Shown here one piece after another: positions 1-8,000 of a stretch of DNA of 64,000 nucleotides. Source of the stretch: an uncultured Clostridium sp. Lineage in GTDB: Bacteria > Bacillota > Clostridia > TANB77 > CAG-508. Both the position numbers and the translations under genes were made by a program. The stretch lies in contig CAKNQJ010000001.1 of the NCBI GenBank assembly GCA_930990645.1, positions 22,260 through 86,259 of the forward strand, in the 5' to 3' direction. Within the stretch, counting starts at the first letter, position 1. Each line of letters begins with the position of its first letter. The notes beneath the pieces were generated by a model. That model did no database searches and was not told the DNA's origin. It saw nothing but the letters and a program-made list of their open reading frames with translations.

Positions 1-1
1 G

Positions 2-1453
2 AATGTTGTAACAGAGCCAACAGTATCGTATACATCAGAAAATCTAGCATCACATGTACTAGGCTATGTTGGAGCAATAAATGAAGATGAGTACGAAACA
101 AGAAAAGATACATATAGAAATGATGATATAATAGGAAAAACAGGAATTCAAAGAGTTTTTGAGGAATATTTAAAAGGCACTGATGGAGTAAAACAAGTTG
201 ATATGACAGTCGATGGAGCAATAACTAGTGAATATATATCTGAAGAAGCGGTAGCAGGATCAGACTTGGTGCTTACAATTGATGCTAACTTGCAAAAAGT
301 GGCAGAAGATGCCTTAGAACAAAACATTAAAGATATTGCTGCAGGAAAGTATGGAGGAGAAGCGCATGATGCAGATGCAGGAGCAGTAGTAGTAATGGAA
401 GTAGATACAGGAGAAGTCCTAGCAATGGCAAGTTATCCAGACTATAATCCTGAAAGATATTCTGAAGAATATTCTGCAGATGATACTTCAGGTAGATATA
501 CAAACAGAGCAATATCAAGTGCACAGCCACCAGGCTCTACATTTAAAATGGCAGTGGCAACAGCGGCGCTTGCAGAAGGGACAATAACCACTTCAACAAG
601 AATAAATGATACAGGAGTATACCCATATGGACACCATCCAGCGTGTTGGTATTATAGGAGTTATAGAACAGGACATGGATACTTAAATGTAACACAAGCA
701 ATAAAATATTCTTGTAACTATTTTTTCTATGAAATGGGATATAGATTAGGAATAGATAAAATAGCAGAATATGCACAAAAATTTGGATTAGGGAAAAGAA
801 CAGGTATAGAACTAGAAGGAGAAGCAACTGGAAGTGTTGCTAGTACAGCATATGCTGAAAGCCAAGGATATGATTGGTATTTATCAGATACATTATCAGC
901 AGCAATAGGACAATCGTTCAACAACTTCACACCAATCCAAATGGCAAGATATGTAAGTATGATAGCAAATGGCGGAAAAGCAGTAGATGTAAGTATAATA
1001 AAATCTATTATAAAACCAGACGGCTCAGAAGTATCTCAAGAAGAAATAGATAATTTTGTTAATGGAAAATTAGAAACAGAAGATACAAATTTAGAAGATG
1101 TTGAAATTTCAAAAGAAAATCTCGATGCAATTAGAAAAGGAATGAGAGGCGTTACTAGTGAAGCTGGAGGTACTGCATACTCTACTTTTGCAGACTTTGA
1201 TATAGATATTGCAGGAAAAACAGGATCTGCACAAGTTATAGTGGACGGAAAAGAAGAAGCACATGGATGGTTTGTAGGATTTGCGCCATATGATGACCCA
1301 GAAATTGCAGTAGTTGTATTAATAGAAAAAGCAAGTTCTGGAGGATATACTGCGGCAACAGCAAAAGCTATCATGGAAGAATATTTTGGAATGAACTCGG
1401 AAGAAGTTACAGAGGACAAGACGGCACAGCCTGGCAGCGAAAGTGTAAGATAA
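2..1453 (+). CDS. mrdA: Penicillin-binding protein 2 (elongation transpeptidase), 5'-truncated by window edge
   Basis: The frame stays open from nt 2 (NVVTEPTV...SHVLGYVG), so the track start at 203 is internal. Transpeptidase motifs STFK (~nt 533-547), SCN (KYSCNYFF) and KTGS (AGKTGSAQ) are present. minC lies immediately downstream, as in mre/min clusters. Confidence 0.85.
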   Translation, partial: NVVTEPTVSYTSENLASHVLGYVGAINEDEYETRKDTYRNDDIIGKTGIQRVFEEYLKGTDGVKQVDMTVDGAITSEYISEEAVAGSDLVLTIDANLQKVAEDALEQNIKDIAAGKYGGEAHDADAGAVVVMEVDTGEVLAMASYPDYNPERYSEEYSADDTSGRYTNRAISSAQPPGSTFKMAVATAALAEGTITTSTRINDTGVYPYGHHPACWYYRSYRTGHGYLNVTQAIKYSCNYFFYEMGYRLGIDKIAEYAQKFGLGKRTGIELEGEATGSVASTAYAESQGYDWYLSDTLSAAIGQSFNNFTPIQMARYVSMIANGGKAVDVSIIKSIIKPDGSEVSQEEIDNFVNGKLETEDTNLEDVEISKENLDAIRKGMRGVTSEAGGTAYSTFADFDIDIAGKTGSAQVIVDGKEEAHGWFVGFAPYDDPEIAVVVLIEKASSGGYTAATAKAIMEEYFGMNSEEVTEDKTAQPGSESVR

Positions 1454-1576
1454 GCTTGGAAAATAATTGCATTTTAGCGTTGTTAAACTTCGCTGCGAAA
1501 ATCCTCGACGTACACAAAGTACGCCTCCGGTTTTCTTGCTTGTTTGCCTAGCCAAAATAACAATTCTTTTCCAAGC
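1454..1576 (+). repeat. Family A palindromic intergenic element, copy 1 (~123 bp)
   Basis: Termini GCTTGGAAAATAATTG ... CAATTCTTTTCCAAGC are self-complementary. The core TTAGCGTTGTTAAACTTCGC..GCGAAAATCCTC..ACGCCTCCGGTTTTCTTGC..GTTTGCCTAGCCAAAA is shared with copies at 22204, 22745 and 30876. It starts directly after the PBP2 stop codon. Confidence 0.8.
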
Positions 1577-1629
1577 TATAGAAAATTGTTATTCAGCAAA
1601 ATATAAATTAATAAAGGGAGTAAAAGCCT

Positions 1630-2250
1630 ATGAGTAATAATAGTATTAGTATAAGTATTAAAAAAAATCAAGTAGTGATTAAAGTTGATGAAAATGCAGA
1701 ACAGAGAGAAATTGTAACAGACTTAAAAAAGAAAATGTTAGAACTTAAAAATTTGTACCAAGATGACAAAACACCAATACTAATAACTGGAAAAATCCTT
1801 AAAAATAGAGAAATGGATGAAATACAAAATTTAATAAAAAAATTCCTAAATGTCCAAATTGACTTTGATAGTCCAAAAGTATTAGGATTACATGGAATAA
1901 AAAGAACTTTTTATAAAGAAATAGCAACATCAGAAACAAAATTTCATAAAGGCTCTTTAAGATCTGGACAAAGAATTGAATTTGAAGGGAGTCTAGTAAT
2001 AATTGGTGATGTCAATGCTGGCGCAGAAGTAATTGCAGGGGAAAATATAGTTGTACTTGGAATATTAAGAGGACTAGCTCACGCAGGAGCAAAAGGAAAC
2101 AAAGATGCAGTAATAGAAGCATCTGAAATAGAAGCGGCACAAATTAGAATTGCTGATAAAGTAAAAGAAATAGAAAAAGATACTAATACTATACGCAAAG
2201 TAAAAACATCAGCATACATAAATGATAAGGATGAGCTTATACTGGAATAA
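1630..2250 (+). CDS. minC: Septum site-determining protein MinC
   Basis: 206 aa. The C-terminal beta-helix motif region GSLRSGQRIEFEGSLVIIGDVNAGAEVIAGENIVVLGILRGLAHAGAKG is typical of MinC. RBS AAGGGAG lies upstream. Confidence 0.85.
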   Translation: MSNNSISISIKKNQVVIKVDENAEQREIVTDLKKKMLELKNLYQDDKTPILITGKILKNREMDEIQNLIKKFLNVQIDFDSPKVLGLHGIKRTFYKEIATSETKFHKGSLRSGQRIEFEGSLVIIGDVNAGAEVIAGENIVVLGILRGLAHAGAKGNKDAVIEASEIEAAQIRIADKVKEIEKDTNTIRKVKTSAYINDKDELILE

Positions 2251-2388
2251 GCAAAATTAAGTGGTATGCCAACTGTAAAAAATTGAAAAAACTATTGACA
2301 TAATGAATAATAAAATTAGATAGGGGCACATTCTTAAAGTGTACCCCTATACTTGAAGAAAATATATGTATATATTAATTCTTTAAGC

Positions 2389-3306
2389 TTATAATTTTTT
2401 AATTTCTTCCTTAGACAAACCAGTTAATTTTATTATTAAATCTATAGCCAAATTTTCTTCTTTCATCTTCTTGGCTATTTCTTTTTTACTGGCAGTATTA
2501 CCTTGTTCAATGCCTTGTTCAATGCCCTGCTCAATACCCTGTTTAATTCCATCCTCTACTCCATTGCAATACCCTGTATATTCTGCCTCTTTTTCATCTA
2601 ACAAAGCCTTTTCTCTTAATTCAGCTAATCTTCTAATCTTTTCATCTTGGCTTATTACATCTAACTTATCTTTAGCTTTTTTCATATTTTCATTATTTTT
2701 CATATAATCTGACACCTCTTTACTTTCTGGGTTATCAAAAAAATTTAGCCACTCTTTAAGCTTTTTTTCTTTCTCGGTTGGTTTTATTAACCTATGAACT
2801 TTTGGTATCTCTATTATATTTAATTCAAAATCGTCTGTCAAGATTATTTTCCTTTCTTTTTCTTCAATTATCTTCCACCTGGAGTGAAAACCTAGTTCTT
2901 TCAGACTACCTATTTCAAAATTGGCTAGTAAAATTAGAATTGTCCTTTGCAAATCGTTATAATCTTCGCTTTTCTTAATATTTCTAATATATTGCTTAGA
3001 CCAATAAAACAGCAATCTTTTAATTAAATTCTTTTTGTCAGTCATTTGCATTTCAATGTTACAGTATTCATTGCCATTGATTTTAGCTAAGACATCAACA
3101 ACGCCCATTTTATCTTCAGGCAATTCTCTTCTAAGGACAATATTTTGATTCAAATCAACACTATCTATTTCTTCATCAAGAATGCAATTTAGTAAATCCT
3201 TAGTAATTTTTTCGCTACCCACTTCACCAAAAAGAATTTGAAAAACAACGTCAACTTTTGGTGAAAGAATAGAATTATTTTTTTTCATATTCTCACGACC
3301 TTTCAA
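2389..3306 (-). mobile_element. Rpn/YhgA-like PD-(D/E)XK nuclease family putative transposase (PDDEXK_2 type)
   Basis: The N-terminal SPKVDVVFQILFG...VVDVLAKINGNEYCNIEMQ pattern is characteristic of the family. The C-terminus has a (GIEQ)x4 repeat encoded by a 12-nt tandem repeat (~2497-2545). It sits where minD/minE would be expected. Confidence 0.7.
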
Positions 3307-3636
3307 TTAAATTAATAATTAAAGTACATATTATTTAATTCTAAAATGGAATAAAGGATGAAATGATTGTGATACAGGGAAAAATATAAAGTTAGAACAA
3401 AAAATATGTGAAAGAATTTAAATAGAATTCAAAAAATAAAAGAATATTTTGAAAGAAATATAAAAATTCTCTTTAACTATTGGAAAATAATATAGCATGT
3501 AAATACATAAAAGTCAAGAAAAACTCATCGACAAAATTCGACAAAGTTATATACAATGAAATAAACGGCTGTCGCTTACGACGCCGTGCGTTCTAAATAT
3601 CCAATTGGCAATTGGAAAAATAATATAATTTTACAA

Positions 3637-4050
3637 CTAAGTCAATAGCAATAAAATCAACGCAATAAATAAAAACTCGTCTTTTACACCTTCTTGATAA
3701 AGAAAGAAAATTAGACATATGAGTATGATGTCATCTTGATGCAGCTTTATTCCCAATATTTCAATAATTTCATTGTCGTAATCATCATTTTTTGAAATCT
3801 TAGAAAATTCCTTATTGTATTCTTTATAATTCTTATTTTTACTATCAGAGACAGTTTTCATAACATTATTATGAAAGCTACTTTTGGTGTTTTTATGATG
3901 ACTATTGTTATCACTTTTTCGATTATTTACATCTTGATAAAACTCATCTTTGTAATTTTGAGACCTTTGTGTAGGGCGAGCATTCGCATTTTGTGGATAA
4001 CTATAGTAAGGTCTTGGATAAAAATGTGGAAAAAACGGAAAATTATACAT
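3637..4050 (-). CDS. Hypothetical protein, Tyr/Pro-rich N-terminus (MYNFPFFPHFYPRPYYSYPQ), hydrophobic C-terminus
   Basis: ORF track entry 3637..4068. I prefer ATG at 4050 because ATGTATAA overlaps the upstream stop (translational coupling) and GGTGGTGAG lies upstream. No family recognised. Confidence 0.5.
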   Translation of the reverse strand: MYNFPFFPHFYPRPYYSYPQNANARPTQRSQNYKDEFYQDVNNRKSDNNSHHKNTKSSFHNNVMKTVSDSKNKNYKEYNKEFSKISKNDDYDNEIIEILGIKLHQDDIILICLIFFLYQEGVKDEFLFIALILLLLT

Positions 4051-4471
4051 TTTTCTTATTCTCACCACCTAGGGCGCCAAATATTTGAAAGGCTTTTTCA
4101 AGACCGAATAATTGTACATATTGATCCACTTTTTCTTTTCTACTTTCTTTCAAATATGGCTTTAAAGATAACAAGAGATTAGCTCTAGGGTCATCTTTTT
4201 TAGTATTCATTGCATCCATAACCTGTTTCATTTTCAAAATAGTATTAATATCTATATCTGGTGAAAAAGAGCTTTCTTCATTATTTGAATTATTATTATT
4301 CGAATAGGAAGTATTGCTGTCGTTTGAATCAGAAGAATTGTTATTAGAATTACTATTACTAGCAGAATTACTAAAATTATTAATCATATTCTTGATATCA
4401 TCAGGAATTTGATTATTTTTAATCATATTATTTATTTGATCCATTATATTATTCATATCTGTATCGTTCAT
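4043..4471 (-). CDS. Hypothetical Asn/Ser-rich protein with conserved-looking C-terminal helix region (DPRANLLLSLKPYLKESRKEKVDQYVQL)
   Basis: 142-aa ORF with a strong RBS (AGGAGG, reverse complement of 4478-4483). The central part is low complexity. Confidence 0.55.
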   Translation of the reverse strand: MNDTDMNNIMDQINNMIKNNQIPDDIKNMINNFSNSASNSNSNNNSSDSNDSNTSYSNNNNSNNEESSFSPDIDINTILKMKQVMDAMNTKKDDPRANLLLSLKPYLKESRKEKVDQYVQLFGLEKAFQIFGALGGENKKNV

Positions 4472-4493
4472 ACAAACCTCCTATTTTAAAAAT

Positions 4494-4649
4494 TTAATTA
4501 TTATTCTTATTTTTAATCTGATTTATAATCGCATCAGCATCTTTGGAATTTAACATTTTACTTACTTGAGATAAACCTTGTTCTAATTGCCTTTTATCCA
4601 TTTTGGCAAGCATGCTCATAAGTTCACCCATATTCATATTATTATTCAT
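4494..4649 (-). CDS. Small hypothetical protein, 51 aa (MNNNMNMGELMSMLAKMDKRQLEQGLSQVSKMLNSKDADAIINQIKNKNNN), below ORF-track cutoff
   Basis: Hand translation of the minus strand. It is the first gene of an apparent three-gene minus-strand cluster with the same Asn-rich style. Confidence 0.35.
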   Translation of the reverse strand: MNNNMNMGELMSMLAKMDKRQLEQGLSQVSKMLNSKDADAIINQIKNKNNN

Positions 4650-4811
4650 AAACAACTATCAATCCTTCCTAAGGCAAAATTAGTATTAGCCTTAATATAA
4701 TATATGTTGGAAAACTATAATATAATATTCAAAAATGTAAAAAATGTTACGAATAATAATAAATAACTTTAAGCTTAGGGAACTGAATAACTACTATAAT
4801 TAAACAAGTTA

Positions 4812-4840
4812 ATGTAACAAAAATGTCTTGAAAATGTAAT
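4812..4840 (+). promoter_or_regulatory. Triple 11-bp-phased direct repeat, site A (ATGTAACAAAA ATGTCTTGAAA ATGTAAT)
   Basis: ATGT starts at 4812, 4823 and 4834. It can also be read as TGTAAC-N16-TGTAAT. The third repeat ends 224 nt before ATG 5064. Near-identical sites occur at 33358 and 43061. Confidence 0.55.
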
Positions 4841-5002
4841 ATAAATTTAATATTTAATATGTAACTGCTATTTCCGTAAATTAATAGCATAATTTCTGTA
4901 TAGAATGTAAAGATTTAAGTTATTGAAATTATAAATTAAAATGTTAAAATAGTTGTGAATAAATATATTATAAAAAATTATGTAATTTATTATCGATAAC
5001 CA

Positions 5003-5031
5003 TTGAAATGTGGGCGAAAAAGTAGTATAAT
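5003..5031 (+). promoter_or_regulatory. Sigma-A-type promoter candidate for the 5064-15808 operon
   Basis: TTGAAA (5003-5008), 17-nt spacer, TATAAT (5026-5031). AGGAGG RBS at 5053-5058. Confidence 0.5.
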
Positions 5032-5063
5032 TAATGTTATGATATTATGTTTAGGAGGTAGCA

Positions 5064-8000
5064 ATGAGCAGAGTATTAAACAAACTAATTGCAGTAATGA
5101 TTGTCATACTATTGATAGGGACAAACTTGATATTTCTAGCAACAGAGAGTATAGCAGCATCAAGTGCATATGATTCACAAAATAGTAGGACAAACAATTC
5201 GAATGTGGAATTTAATGCATACTTAGAGGGAGGAGTACATGAAACAAGTATAGATATGTCTTCACAAGATATGAAGATATATTTAAATATTTCTGTGCAA
5301 AATATAGGATACTTAAAAAGTGCAGAAATTAGTTTCGAAAATGCCAACTTTAGCATAAATCCAAACGAAGAGAATAGCTACATAAAAAGCGTAGATAAAG
5401 GAAATAACAAAATACAATTAAACCAAATAAATAAAGGCGAAAATGTAGTAATAGAAATACCAATTCAATTTCTTGCTAAAGATGATGTCGCATCAGACTA
5501 TCTAAATAAAGAATTTGGCACACATTTAGTAGCAGAATATATAGATGAAGATGGAAAAAGTATTTCAATAGATAAAACAATATTAAATAAGCTAACTTGG
5601 ACAGCAGAAACAGAAATAGAAAACACAATGAAAATTAATAAATACATACCATATAAACAAGGAGAAAAATATGGTGTGTTATTACAGATGCTTGTAAATA
5701 ACAAAGTAAAGGATAATAAAGTACCAGTAAAAACGAGCAAAACAACAATAACTGTACCAGAATTAAATGGAACTAAACCAAGTAGCGTATCAGTAATGGC
5801 AAATAACACAAAAGCAACAAATGGACAAGAAGATGGAATAAACTTTAATAATAATAATTATGCATATGATGCAGAAAACAATACATTAACAATAACAGTA
5901 GGAAATGCAGCAGACGGAAACAACATGATAAAATGGAAAAAAGATGCGACAGATGAATATATAGTTACATTTATATATGAAGGACAGGATATATATAACA
6001 AAGTAGTAGAATTACAAAATAGAACTGAACAAGAAAACACACAAAGAGAAATAACAAATAGATCAGACATAAATAGAAATGCAGTAGTTAATGAAGAAAG
6101 TGTAAATGCTAATATTGAGACAGATGAAGAGACTATAAATACAAATCAAGAAAGTACAAATAATGCAGTAATAAATACACAAGTTGATGAAAATGATATA
6201 CAAACTAGTGCACCAGTAACAGAAGAAATTGTAACAGAATTAAAAATAGAAACAAATATAAAAGTAGAAGATACATTATATACATTTGATGGACAAACAA
6301 TAACAAAAGATTTTAATTATAGCAATGAACTAAAAGAAAAAATAGGAGAATTAACGACAGCAGAAATATCTGCAACAAACGAAATAAGTAAAGGATACAT
6401 ATATGCAAACTATGATATAGAAAAAGAAGAAGACAAAAAAGAGACAACATATGGTGTAAAATATGTAGCAAATGTAGAAAATATAAACATAGTAGATAGA
6501 GTAGAGTTTAAAGAACAGATAGATAAATTTAAAGGAGAAGAAAAAGAAGGAGAGGAACAACTAGAAGGAGCAACAACTGTAGGAGACAAAAATTATACAT
6601 ATAATAAAGAAATAAAAATATCTAAAACTATATTTGACAAAATGTTAGGTGAAGAAGGAAAAATAGAAGTATTTGATAATACAAATAACAAAATAGGCGA
6701 AATAAATAAAGACACAGAAGTAAATAGCTCAAATGAATATGCAATAGATATATCAGAAGCAAACAAAAATCAAATAGTTATTAGGACAAGCAAACCAATA
6801 ACAGAAGGAAAAATAGAAATAAACATAACAAAAGCAATAGCAAAAAATATAGACTATTCAATAGAACAAATGAGAGAATTTAAAACAATAGAAACATCTA
6901 TGATAGGAAATGTAATAGAAGACTCAAGTGCCAAAACAGCAAAAATAAATATGCTAGAACCAAAAAGTGAAGCTAGTATAGCAATAAACAAAGAACAATT
7001 ATCAACAGTAACAGAAAATAGTAATGTAGAGTTAAGAGCAACACTAGACACATCATCAGTATATAACTCACTATACAAAGACCCTACTATAAAAATAGAG
7101 TTGCCAGAAGTAATTGAAAACGTAGAAGTAAACAGTATAAAAATGCTTTATGCAGATGGACTAAAAATAAAAGAAGCAACACTATCAGAGGAAGATGGAA
7201 AGAAAGTTATAGACATCAGTATTGAAGGAACACAAACAGAATACTCTACGGAAAACCAAGATGTAAAAGGACCAAACATTATAGTAAATACAAATATGGA
7301 ATTAGACAAACTAGGAACAAATCAAGATGCAGAAATAAAAATGCAATATACAAATAATGCAAACACAGAAAGTGAAGATGAAGCAGAAGAGAAAGAAGCA
7401 AAAACAGACATACCAATAATAGCACCAACAGGAGTAATAGCAACAAATGAAGTATCAAACTACAAAGAAGGAGCAGAAGATGTATTAGAAATAGAAGACG
7501 GAACAAAAGAATTAACAATAGATACATATTCAGATGCAAGAGATGTAGTATTTGGGGGACAAGTAATAAACAACTATGATAATGCAATATCAGATGTAGT
7601 AGTACTAGGAAGACTACCAGTACAAGGAAATAAAAATGTAGATACAAATGCAGACTTAGGCTCAAATATGAACATGACATTAAAACAGGGAATAAGCATA
7701 CAAGGAATGGACACAAGCAATATAAAAGTGTACTATTCATCAAATGTAGATGCTACTAATGATTTAAGTGGTCAAGCAAATGGCTGGACAGAAAACCCAA
7801 GCAACTTAGCAGAAGTGAAATCATACTTAATAGTAGTACAAAATATACAATTAGCAACAGGAGAAGGTTTCCAATTTAACTACACAGCAGAACTAGCAGG
7901 AAACATAGCATACAACAATACAACAAATACAATGTACAAAGTATTCTATAACAACATTTCAGATATAGGAACAATAGCAGAAACAAAAGTGTCACCTATA

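Noticed and set aside
1319-1555. Minus-strand ORFs overlapping Family A copies (1319..1555, 22624..22980, 30680..30910) share peptide fragments such as RSLTT.K.NYF.
   Set aside because: The shared peptides arise only because the same repeat DNA is translated. The ORFs otherwise run antisense into real genes and have no RBS.
2497-2545. 12-nt tandem repeat encoding (GIEQ)x4 in the Rpn-like gene as a phase-variation tract.
   Set aside because: It is in frame, short, and a common C-terminal feature of this protein family. Nothing suggests on/off switching.
4841-5063. A c-di-GMP or other riboswitch in the ~200-nt leaders of the giant adhesin genes (also 33387-33585 and 43090-43311).
   Set aside because: I could not find the GC-rich conserved cores (e.g. 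GGCAAACC...GGGACGCAAAGCC of GEMM-I) or any other riboswitch signature I recognise. The leaders are almost pure AT. The question stays open for a covariance-model scan.
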